NCBI GenBank assembly: GCA_000025185.1
Contig: CP001848.1
Location: 1,620,001-1,652,000 of the forward strand
Direction: 5' to 3'
Length of the DNA stretch: 32,000 nucleotides
DNA from: Pirellula staleyi DSM 6068
GTDB lineage: Bacteria; Planctomycetota; Planctomycetia; Pirellulales; Pirellulaceae
Shown here: positions 17,338 to 25,395 of the stretch, piece after piece
Position numbering within the stretch: the first letter of the stretch is position 1
Layout: each line of letters begins with the position of its first letter
Notes under the pieces: generated by a model
Databases searched by the model: none
The model's input: only the letters and a program-made list of their open reading frames with translations
What the model was told of the DNA's origin: nothing
Made by a program: the position numbers and the translations under genes

Positions 17338-18890
17338 ACCGACGCATCTGGCTGGCAACGGTTGTTTCTGCACTCCTGCTCACCAGTTGGGCCGCGCCAG
17401 CTCGCGCTGCAGAGCCCCTTCCCGAGTCCGACCAAGCGCTGCTCGAAACGATTCGTGAGCAACAGAAGCTGCCAGGACTCGCCGGCGCCGCGGTGCGCGA
17501 TGGAAAGCTTGTTTACCTCGCCGCCACAGGCCTCCGGAAGGTCGATGCCCCAGAGCCGCTGCTGGCCACCGATCGGGTCCATCTCGGGTCGTGCACGAAG
17601 TCGATGACCGCCACGCTGATTGCCCGGCTGATCGAAAAAAAGTTGCTCCGCTGGGATAGCACCATCGCCGAGTTGTTTCCCGAAGATCAGCTCCTGATCG
17701 ACGAAAGCTGGCACCCGATCACGATCGTCGATCTGCTGGTGCATCGCAGCGGCGCTAAAGCCAACGCGCGTGTGAAAGGTTTTGATCCGAAAGATACGCC
17801 CGCGAAACAGCGCTCGATCTATGCCCGCGAACTGATGCGCAAACCACTCGCCGGCAAGCATCGCGAGCAATACTTGTATTCCAACACCGGTTACATCCTG
17901 GCCGGCGCAATCGCCGAGAAAGTGACCGGCAAAGGGTGGGAAGAGTTGATGTGGCAAGAGGTGTTCGAGCCCCTCGGCATCAAAGAAGCGGGCTTCGGAC
18001 CTCAAAACAAAGTGGGTGCCGATCAGCCGTTTGGACATCGCCAGGAAGATGAGAAACTGAAAGCCACCGATCACGACAATCCGGTCGTGCTTGGCCCGGC
18101 AGGACGGGTTTCGATGGCGCTCGGCGACTGGGCCAAGTACATCGCCGCCCATCTAGCAGGAGCCCGTGGCGACGAATCGTTTCTCTCGAAAAGCTCTTGG
18201 CAGCGGCTCCATACGATCGAGCATCCGCAAGATGAGTATGCCCTCGGCCATGGTGTCTTTCATCGAGGCTGGGCCGGTGGTCGCGTCCTCACCCATTCCG
18301 GAAGCAACACCTTCTGGTACGCCATTGTGTGGATGGCACCAGAAACCAACTTCGCTGTGATGGCGGTCACCAATGTTGCGGGAGATCAGGCGGCTGCCGG
18401 GTGCGACGAAGTCTGCAGCCAGTTGATTCAGCGCTTTGCTCCTCCCGTGACCGACCGAAGTACGCGGATCCTGTGGAATACTCGCAAAACCGAGGATCGT
18501 CTCGACTTTACCGAAGAGAACTCGGCGACGAGTCTGCTCACGATCACCTCGAAGTCAGGGATCGGTTCTGCAAAAGTTCAGCTGTCGTCCGGGGCGTGGA
18601 AGGAAGACCTGCGGCTCCGATTTCGCTACACCGACGGACGCCCCTTCCAGGTGCTCGAGGGAATCAAGCTCACACTTCCGCAGCAGATCATCGCCGGAGA
18701 TATCAAAACCGAATCGCAAACGCTTGAGCGCAGGACATTCGACGACGCAGGAAAAATCGACGACAAAGTGGCCGAGAAAGTTGAGCTTCCTGTGCGTCGC
18801 ACGAAAGAGTATCTCGAGCTCACGATTCCGCGCGGGCTCTTGGGTCCGCACGATGCGCTCGAGATCGAGTGGATCGATTGGTATCGATAG
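17334..18890 (+). CDS. Secreted serine hydrolase of the beta-lactamase/PBP fold with an extra C-terminal domain of about 130 aa and unknown function
   Basis: Track ORF 17235..18890. I prefer ATG 17334 (MNRRIWLATVVSALLLTSWAAPARAAEP), which gives a signal peptide and overlaps the folA stop as ATGA. The active-site motifs are SxxK (S-C-T-K), Y-S-N (YLYSNTGY) and H-S-G (LTHSGSN). Residues from about RILWNTRKTEDRL to the end match nothing I recognise. Confidence 0.85.
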   Translation: MNRRIWLATVVSALLLTSWAAPARAAEPLPESDQALLETIREQQKLPGLAGAAVRDGKLVYLAATGLRKVDAPEPLLATDRVHLGSCTKSMTATLIARLIEKKLLRWDSTIAELFPEDQLLIDESWHPITIVDLLVHRSGAKANARVKGFDPKDTPAKQRSIYARELMRKPLAGKHREQYLYSNTGYILAGAIAEKVTGKGWEELMWQEVFEPLGIKEAGFGPQNKVGADQPFGHRQEDEKLKATDHDNPVVLGPAGRVSMALGDWAKYIAAHLAGARGDESFLSKSSWQRLHTIEHPQDEYALGHGVFHRGWAGGRVLTHSGSNTFWYAIVWMAPETNFAVMAVTNVAGDQAAAGCDEVCSQLIQRFAPPVTDRSTRILWNTRKTEDRLDFTEENSATSLLTITSKSGIGSAKVQLSSGAWKEDLRLRFRYTDGRPFQVLEGIKLTLPQQIIAGDIKTESQTLERRTFDDAGKIDDKVAEKVELPVRRTKEYLELTIPRGLLGPHDALEIEWIDWYR

Positions 18891-18973
18891 CCCCGCTAGT
18901 AACGCGCGCTTGGTCCAGGCCCAAGCAGCGCAGCAGTACGTTCGATTCATGTTGAGGGCGGTAACTAGGAACC

Positions 18974-19417
18974 ATGATTGTGCAGCTCGATCTTTCTAGT
19001 CCCGCGCTCCTGTTCCCCACCGTCTCTCTTTTGATGCTGGCCTACACCAATCGCTTCTTGGCGCTGGCGAGCTTGATTCGGAACTTGCACGCGAGCCACG
19101 TGCAAAACCCCGACGAAGTTACCCTCCGCGAAATCGCGAACCTCCGGTTTCGATTGAAGCTCATTCAAATGATGCAGTTGCTCGGAGTCCTCGCCCTCTT
19201 CTCGTGCGTCGCCTGCATGCTGCTGCTCTACGCTGGCTGGACCATCGGCGCGGGATCGGCGTTTGCCGTGGGACTCGTCCTGATGCTCGGCTCACTGTCG
19301 ATGAGCATTTGGGAAATCCGCATTTCGTCGATCGCCCTCGACCTGCACCTGCGCGATGTGGTCTCCCTGACGAAGTCGAAACAGCGCTGGCTGTCGGACG
19401 ATTGGCTCGGGCTATAG
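18974..19417 (+). CDS. DUF2721-family small membrane protein
   Basis: 147 aa. PALLFP..SLL.LAYTNRFLALA.LIR.LH followed by NLR.R..LI..MQ and two C-terminal TM segments matches my memory of DUF2721 proteins. Confidence 0.75.
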   Translation: MIVQLDLSSPALLFPTVSLLMLAYTNRFLALASLIRNLHASHVQNPDEVTLREIANLRFRLKLIQMMQLLGVLALFSCVACMLLLYAGWTIGAGSAFAVGLVLMLGSLSMSIWEIRISSIALDLHLRDVVSLTKSKQRWLSDDWLGL

Positions 19418-19558
19418 CAGCCGCGTCGTTAAGTGTCGCGCTCGCCGTAGGAGCCGTCTGCACGTTCGATTCCGAGCTGTTTAGCCTCAAATTTCCTAGG
19501 ATTTGTGCCCCTTCGCACAGATTTGCCTGCGAACCTATAATAAGCCATTGGCAGGGGG

Positions 19559-19584
19559 CCGCCCGTTTGCGGCGGGTGTATTTT
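19559..19584 (+). terminator. GC-rich bulged hairpin plus T-run: candidate intrinsic terminator or attenuator between the DUF2721 gene and sufU
   Basis: CCGCC(C)G-TTTG-CGGCGG at 19559-19575 is followed by GTGTATTTT (T-run at 19581-19584). A perfect TATAAT hexamer lies just upstream at 19536-19541. Confidence 0.35.
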
Positions 19585-19649
19585 GAAGCCGATTGGTGCC
19601 GCGACCTGGCGCACACGATGGGCAAGTGACAGGGAAAGCTAGTGAGGCC

Positions 19650-20039
19650 ATGATCGATCCGCGCGAAGAAGAGATTTATCAAGATCATGTGATGGATCAC
19701 TACGAAGATCCGTACCACCATGGTCACTGCATCGACGCCACGCACATGCACGAGGATGACAATCCCCTCTGCGGCGACGTGATTCATGTCGAGCTGAAGA
19801 TCGACGAAAACCAGAAGGTGAAGGAAGCCTGGTTCAGTGGCGATGGCTGCTGTATCAGTCAAGCCTCGGCCTCGATGCTGATGGAGAAGATCGAGGGGCT
19901 CTCGGTCGACGAAGTCAAAGCGATGTCGGCCAATCAGATGCTCGAACTGTTCGGCGCGCGGCTCACTCCGAATCGTCAGAAGTGTTGCTTGCTCTCGTGG
20001 CGCGTGGTTCAGCAAGCGGTCCATTCCCCCTTGAAGTAA
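19650..20039 (+). CDS. sufU: SufU/IscU-type Fe-S cluster assembly scaffold / sulfur acceptor
   Basis: From ATG 19650 the product is 129 aa (the track ORF starts at 19593). Blocks seen are IYQDHVMDHY..P...G, NPLCGD.I.V.L, FSGDGCCISQASASMLME...G, P.R.KCCLLSW, with three conserved Cys and one Asp ligand in the SufU arrangement. Confidence 0.88.
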   Translation: MIDPREEEIYQDHVMDHYEDPYHHGHCIDATHMHEDDNPLCGDVIHVELKIDENQKVKEAWFSGDGCCISQASASMLMEKIEGLSVDEVKAMSANQMLELFGARLTPNRQKCCLLSWRVVQQAVHSPLK

Positions 20040-20098
20040 TCCGTCGACCAGTGATGATGCGAGCAGCAATGTCGGGCTAACGAAGAAAAGTTCCAATC

Positions 20099-21367
20099 AT
20101 GGCTACTGCCACCGAAACACCAATCGACGCTGAAAAAATTCGTCGCGACTTTCCGATCCTCGAAACGATCATCCATGGCGATAAGCGGCTCGTCTATCTC
20201 GACAACGCAGCCACCACGCAGCGCCCCCAAGCGGTGATTCAGGCCGTTGTCGACGCTTACGAAAAACATTACGCCAACGTCCATCGTGGGATTCACTGGC
20301 TGAGCGAGCAAAGCACCAACCTGTACGAAGAAGCGCGCGTTCGCGTGCAGCAGTTCCTCGGCGCTAGCTCCCCGCACGAGATTATCTTCACCACCGGCGC
20401 TACCGCCTCGATTAACCTCGTGGCCCGCTCGTGGGGCGATGTGAACGTGAAAGCGGGGGATGAAATTCTCCTCACCGAGATGGAGCATCACTCGAACATC
20501 GTGCCGTGGCAACAACTGGCCGAGCGGACCGGGGCCACCATCAAGTGGATTCCGATCACTGAAACGATGCAGCTCGATCTTGCGAGCCTCGAGCATTTGC
20601 TCTCATCGCGCACGAAGCTTGTCGCCATCACAGCCGTTTCGAATGTGCTGGGGACTATCAACCCGGTCGCCGAAATCGTAAAGCGGGCGCATGCCTACGG
20701 CGCTATCGTGCTGGTCGATGCGGCCCAAAGCGCCCCGCACGAAGCGACCGATGTGCAGCAGTGGAATGCCGATTTCGTCGCCTTCAGTGGCCACAAAATG
20801 ATGGGCCCTTCGGGGGTTGGCATTCTCTATGGCCGCGAGTCGCTCCTCGAAGCGATGCCGCCGTTTATGGGTGGTGGCAGCATGATTCGCCGCGTCACGC
20901 TCGAAGGTTTCGAGCCTGCCGATTTGCCCGATAAATTCGAAGCGGGAACGCCGCCGATTGTCCCTGCCCTGGGTCTGCGGGCCGCAATCGATTATCTCGA
21001 GCAGGTCGGGCTCAGTCGTGTGGCGGCACACGAAAGGGTCCTGACGCGCTATGCTCACCAGCGGATGTCGCAGCTCGATAGCGTGACGCTGATTGGGAGC
21101 GATCCCGAGATCAAATCGGGGATCGTCACGTTCGTGATGAACGATGTGCATGCCCACGACGTCGCTTCGCGGCTCGACAGCGTTGGGGTTGCGATTCGGG
21201 CTGGTCATCACTGCGCGATGCCGCTGCATAAGAAACTCGGTCTGGTGGCGACCAATCGGGCCAGCTTCTATCTCTACAACACGCTCGAAGAGGTCGACGC
21301 GCTTGTGGCCGGTTTGGCCCAAATTCACGAGTGGCGGGCGACCCATCGGGGGCGTCGCCGCACGTAG
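20099..21367 (+). CDS. sufS: Cysteine desulfurase, SufS (group II) type
   Basis: 422 aa. Blocks seen are DFPIL........LVYLDNAATTQ.P..VI......Y...YANVHRG.H.LS, the PLP lysine in FSGHKM.GPSG.G.LYG, and the catalytic Cys in RAGHHCA.PL. Confidence 0.93.
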   Translation: MATATETPIDAEKIRRDFPILETIIHGDKRLVYLDNAATTQRPQAVIQAVVDAYEKHYANVHRGIHWLSEQSTNLYEEARVRVQQFLGASSPHEIIFTTGATASINLVARSWGDVNVKAGDEILLTEMEHHSNIVPWQQLAERTGATIKWIPITETMQLDLASLEHLLSSRTKLVAITAVSNVLGTINPVAEIVKRAHAYGAIVLVDAAQSAPHEATDVQQWNADFVAFSGHKMMGPSGVGILYGRESLLEAMPPFMGGGSMIRRVTLEGFEPADLPDKFEAGTPPIVPALGLRAAIDYLEQVGLSRVAAHERVLTRYAHQRMSQLDSVTLIGSDPEIKSGIVTFVMNDVHAHDVASRLDSVGVAIRAGHHCAMPLHKKLGLVATNRASFYLYNTLEEVDALVAGLAQIHEWRATHRGRRRT

Positions 21368-21683
21368 GAAATCAGCCGACAGCTCTCTCGCAGAAAATGC
21401 AGGGGGCTTGCTAGCGGACTTCTCTCTAGGGCGAACGTTTTTTCTGTGCGCGGTCCAAGGCTCGGCGCTCGGCGGCGAATAGCCTCCCGGCGATTGTGGC
21501 GACGCTGCCCCTCGGCGCTGCGATCCTTCGAGCGAAAAAAGTTGCAACGGCGCGAGACTATGCGACAATCGGTCGCGCCCGATTCCGAGTCGCACTATCG
21601 CCTCGAGTAGCAGCGCTATCCTAACTTCTGGGGGCATGACCCCTCGCAACGGTCGATGGCACCTAGCAAGGCTCTTCTCGCGC

Positions 21684-21980
21684 ATGATCATTCCACGCTT
21701 TTCGATTCGCAATCTGCTGATCATCACTGCTTTGGCGGGCTGCTTCTCGCTGGTCGTGTCGCAGGCGGTGCAGGGAGCCGATTGGGCCATCGGATTTAGT
21801 ATCGCGGCCCTCTCGCTCGTCGTGCTTGCGCTGCTGTTTGCCATCACCTTTGTGATGGCGATGGTGTTTCACGGCGGAACGCGAGCGATCGAAGAATTCC
21901 TCGCGCCTCCCAAGGGTAGTTCCCCTTTCGCTAGTTCGGGGCCTCCTCCGCAGCAGCTTCCACCTTCGGAGCCGGTATGA
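21684..21980 (+). CDS. Small two-TM membrane protein (98 aa), first gene of the ABC-associated operon
   Basis: Track ORF 21636..21980. I prefer ATG 21684 (MIIPRFSIRNLLIITALAGCFSLV). Two hydrophobic helices are followed by a Pro/Ser-rich tail. Its stop overlaps the next start as ATGA (21977-21980). Confidence 0.6.
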   Translation: MIIPRFSIRNLLIITALAGCFSLVVSQAVQGADWAIGFSIAALSLVVLALLFAITFVMAMVFHGGTRAIEEFLAPPKGSSPFASSGPPPQQLPPSEPV

Positions 21981-24364
21981 ATTTCCACCTACGACAGCCG
22001 ACTTGGATGGCGCGCGGGGTGCAGGTCTTGGCGCTGCTCCTGACGCTACTCACCACGCTCTCTCCCCAGCAGGCCCAGGCCGATACTGGCGGCGTGCTGA
22101 CGTTGCCGGTTGTGGGAGTGAAGGCCAAAACTGGCATTCGCTTGTCGCTCGACAACCGAGGAGTCGATGCGACCGGCTATCGGCCGTACCGCATCAAACT
22201 GGCGACTCTCAACGGTTTGCCTCTGACCGAGGATCGACAGTTTCGTGTCGTCATCTCGCCGTCGTACTGGTCGGGTAACGGCACTGGGACGCAGGTCGAG
22301 CAGATCATCGAATTTCCGGAAGGGAGCCTCTTCGTCGAGCAGGAGGTCCTCGTTCCGCAAGTCTCGCTTGCTTATGCCGGTTCGATATCTACCTACGAAG
22401 ACGGCGCGAAATGCTCCGATCTTTCGCGCGACCATTTCAATTTTCCACGGACGAACAATTGGCACTGGACCGAGGCGACCCCTTCGGTGCTGGTGATCGA
22501 TAGCGATGTTCCACCGGCTAGCGTGCGCGAAACTTTGGTGATGCAGTTTCGCTCGAGCGGTCAGCGTGACGCTGATCGAACGTTCGAATTGCCCGATGTC
22601 CGGACACTCACGAACCTGACCCCCGATGTGAATGCGCGCTCGATCATCATCAACATCGACGAGAATCATCGAGCGAGCAAGCTCGAGCTGCTGGCGCAGA
22701 TGAGCGAGTCTTCCCGTGGACGATTCATTCCCCCTGCGGAAGTTTCCGAACGCTGGCTGGCCCTCTCGACCTACGATATGGCGATCATCTCGCTGCCAGA
22801 TCTGAAGATTCTCGAAGCGAAACATCCTGCAGCGTTTGTCGCCCTGCGGCAGTGGGTCTCCACAGGCTCGAATCTGCTGGTCTACGACGCCGGGGCTGAT
22901 TTCGACCAACTCCCTGAGCTCGAAAAAATGCTCAAGCTCCCTGCGATCTCCCAGCAGGAGCGCAAGGATGACGCGGAGGAATTTCCAGGCTGGCGAGAGC
23001 CCGATTCGGCGGGAAACATCCCTGAGAGTGAGCTCGTTAAGTTTCGCAATTCCTATACCCAGGGTGGAATGGCGATGCCAATTCCTGCTGGTGGGATGCC
23101 CGGCATGGCGACGCCAGGCCCAATGATCGTCCCTCCGCCCACGCAGGTGATTACCGCTTTGCAAAAGAAGTATGGAGATCCACCCTTCCTGCTTCGCGAG
23201 CACGGTTTGGGATCGATCGTGGTGCTCCGAAAAGCAGAGGCATTTCCCGGCGAAGAATCGCTGTGGATGTATTTGCTCGGCACGCTGGGCGATGATCAAA
23301 CGACCTGGGTTGGCCGGCAAGGGATGTCGCTACATCGCGAAAATGGAGACTACTGGAACTTCCTGATCGAGGGGGTCGGCAGCGCGCCGGTCATCTCCTT
23401 TGCACTCTTCATCAGCCTGTTTGCCATCATGATCGGACCGGTGAACTACTGGTTCTTGGGACAGATTAAACGGACCTACCTGCTGCTGATCACTGTGCCG
23501 CTGGGAGCCAGTGTCGTCACGCTACTCCTGTTCTGCTATGCCCTGGTGACGGATGGTATTGGGGTCCGCTCGCGCATTCGGAGCGTAACCGTCCTTTGTC
23601 CCGAGTCGGGTGAATTCTCGTCGTTCTCGCGGCATGCTTACTACGCGGCGATCGCGCCTTCGAAGGGACTCGTTTTTCCGAGCGATTCTGCCGTGTTTCC
23701 GCTCGTGAATTATCCGGTCGGGAACTTCTCGAGCGGCAGTGGAAGCTCGCAAGTGCTGCAAGGTGAAGTGCAGCAGTTGCGAGCGGGGTTTTTGCAGTCG
23801 CGAACCCTCGCGCAGTTCATGGTCACCCATGCTGGCAAGACCGAGTGCAAGCTAATCGCCAAGCGCGAGAAGTCGGGCAAGATGCTCGTCACCAATCAGC
23901 TGCAAACCGATTTGAGCGAACTGGTGGTGCGCGACAACGACGGGAATTTCTATTTCACGAAGACTCTCGCGGCTGGCGAATCCCAATCCATCGACAGCAT
24001 GGGGCCGACGCAAGTGCGTGGCGAGCTGGTGGTGATGGGCCGGACCCACGCGCCAATGTTTCCGAATGCGTTCTCGTCGAAACAGAACGAAAGTTTGCTG
24101 ACCTACCTCTTTCCCGATGCCATGTTCTTGGGACGAGGGCGAGTCAGCTGGTCGAATACCGACACGATGTATTCGAGGCCCCAGCAAGCGACCGGGATGC
24201 TCGAGCGGCGCATCAGCCGCGTGTATGAGCCGGTCGAGCAGGTGCTCAAGCCGGGCGAATTCTATGCCTTCGGCGACCGTCCACCGCTGGTTCCTTTGGG
24301 AGTCAGCTACGCCTATGAGCAGCAGGGGAGTCATTTCCTGACGGGCCGGTTTAGCGAGAAATAG
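21977..24364 (+). CDS. Large envelope protein of unknown family (795 aa): signal peptide, about 430-aa extracytoplasmic region, two central TM helices, and about 270-aa C-terminal region
   Basis: The signal peptide is MARGVQVLALLLTLLTTLSPQQAQA. TM helices fall at about aa 469-494 and 500-525 (nt about 23381-23551). The segment YDMAIISLPDLKILEAKHPAAFVALRQWVSTGSNLLVYDAG resembles, by eye only, the motif found in GldG/DUF4350-type ABC auxiliary proteins. A Met/Pro/Gly-rich linker reads GGMAMPIPAGGMPGMATPGPMIVPPP. Confidence 0.7.
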   Translation: MNFHLRQPTWMARGVQVLALLLTLLTTLSPQQAQADTGGVLTLPVVGVKAKTGIRLSLDNRGVDATGYRPYRIKLATLNGLPLTEDRQFRVVISPSYWSGNGTGTQVEQIIEFPEGSLFVEQEVLVPQVSLAYAGSISTYEDGAKCSDLSRDHFNFPRTNNWHWTEATPSVLVIDSDVPPASVRETLVMQFRSSGQRDADRTFELPDVRTLTNLTPDVNARSIIINIDENHRASKLELLAQMSESSRGRFIPPAEVSERWLALSTYDMAIISLPDLKILEAKHPAAFVALRQWVSTGSNLLVYDAGADFDQLPELEKMLKLPAISQQERKDDAEEFPGWREPDSAGNIPESELVKFRNSYTQGGMAMPIPAGGMPGMATPGPMIVPPPTQVITALQKKYGDPPFLLREHGLGSIVVLRKAEAFPGEESLWMYLLGTLGDDQTTWVGRQGMSLHRENGDYWNFLIEGVGSAPVISFALFISLFAIMIGPVNYWFLGQIKRTYLLLITVPLGASVVTLLLFCYALVTDGIGVRSRIRSVTVLCPESGEFSSFSRHAYYAAIAPSKGLVFPSDSAVFPLVNYPVGNFSSGSGSSQVLQGEVQQLRAGFLQSRTLAQFMVTHAGKTECKLIAKREKSGKMLVTNQLQTDLSELVVRDNDGNFYFTKTLAAGESQSIDSMGPTQVRGELVVMGRTHAPMFPNAFSSKQNESLLTYLFPDAMFLGRGRVSWSNTDTMYSRPQQATGMLERRISRVYEPVEQVLKPGEFYAFGDRPPLVPLGVSYAYEQQGSHFLTGRFSEK

Positions 24365-24450
24365 TCGGCTGTTGCCACGAGCATGTTGGCCGTCTCGAAA
24401 AAGTCCCGTCTCACGTTTCCTGGTTCCCATCGTCAAACGGAAAACGCGTT

Positions 24451-25395
24451 GTGATCAGTTCTCAGCCGATGATCGAGCTGCGTCGCTTGCACCGATTTTT
24501 TGGTGTCACGCGCGCGGTGAATGACATTTCGTTTGAAGTCGCGCGGGGCGAAGTGTTTGGCTATATCGGCCCTAACGGCGCCGGCAAAACCACCAGCATG
24601 CGAATCCTGGCGACACTCGAATTGCCCACCTACGGCGATGCGATGGTTGATGGATTTTCGTGCATCAACGATCCCGATCGGGTGCGCCGCCGTTTAGGTT
24701 TCATGCCCGACTATTTTGGAACTTATTCCGACGTCAACTGCTACGAATATCTCGATTTCTTTGCCCGCTCATATGGACTCATCGGCCGCGAGCGGCATCG
24801 AGCACTGCAGCGAACGATGGCCTTCACCGGGCTCGATATTCTGGCCGAAAAGCCGATTCGCGGGCTCTCCAAAGGGATGAAGCAGCGGCTCTGTTTGGGT
24901 CGCGCCATGATTCACGACCCAGCGGTGCTGATCCTCGACGAACCAGCCAACGGACTCGATCCTCGCGCCCGCATCGAGCTGCGCGAGATGATTCGTCAGC
25001 TGGCAGCCGACGGAAAGACGGTGCTGGTGAGTTCTCACATCCTCACCGAGCTCGCCGAAATGTGCGACCGCGTGGGGATTGTCGAGCGCGGTCAGCTGCT
25101 CGCCGTCGGGAGTGTCGAAGAGATCCAGAAACAGCAGCAGCCGCATCGCGAAGTGCGCATTCGGGTGCTGGAAGGGTCTGCCTTGGTCGCAAACTTCCTC
25201 GGCACTAAGCCCGACGTGAGTGCCATCCGCACCGTTGGTGAAGAGATCCGATTTTCCCATATTGGCGACCGTGCCTCGGAAGCACAGCTCCTGAAAGAGC
25301 TGGTGCTGGCTGGCTTTCAGGTCGCGGAATTTGTGAGTGAAGTGAAGAGCCTCGAAGATGTGTTCCTCGCAGTCACCAAGGGAGCGGTGCAATGA
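24451..25395 (+). CDS. ABC transporter ATP-binding protein (ABC-2/drug-exporter-like subfamily)
   Basis: 314 aa. Walker A is GPNGAGKTT, the Q-loop is GFMPD, the signature is LSKGMKQRL.L, Walker B is LILDEP.NGLD, and the H-loop is SSHIL. The start is GTG 24451 or ATG 24469. Confidence 0.92.
   Translation: MISSQPMIELRRLHRFFGVTRAVNDISFEVARGEVFGYIGPNGAGKTTSMRILATLELPTYGDAMVDGFSCINDPDRVRRRLGFMPDYFGTYSDVNCYEYLDFFARSYGLIGRERHRALQRTMAFTGLDILAEKPIRGLSKGMKQRLCLGRAMIHDPAVLILDEPANGLDPRARIELREMIRQLAADGKTVLVSSHILTELAEMCDRVGIVERGQLLAVGSVEEIQKQQQPHREVRIRVLEGSALVANFLGTKPDVSAIRTVGEEIRFSHIGDRASEAQLLKELVLAGFQVAEFVSEVKSLEDVFLAVTKGAVQ

Noticed and set aside
20603-21847. 414-aa minus-strand ORF
   Set aside because: It is antisense to sufS, whose motifs are unambiguous, and its product has no recognisable features.
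22046-23320. 424-aa minus-strand ORF; also 30585..31775 (+), 28225..29196 (+), 4990..5775 (-), 17316..18152 (-) and 4213..4971 (-)
   Set aside because: All are antisense shadows of better-supported genes in GC-rich DNA. None has a motif, a signal peptide or an independent intergenic context.
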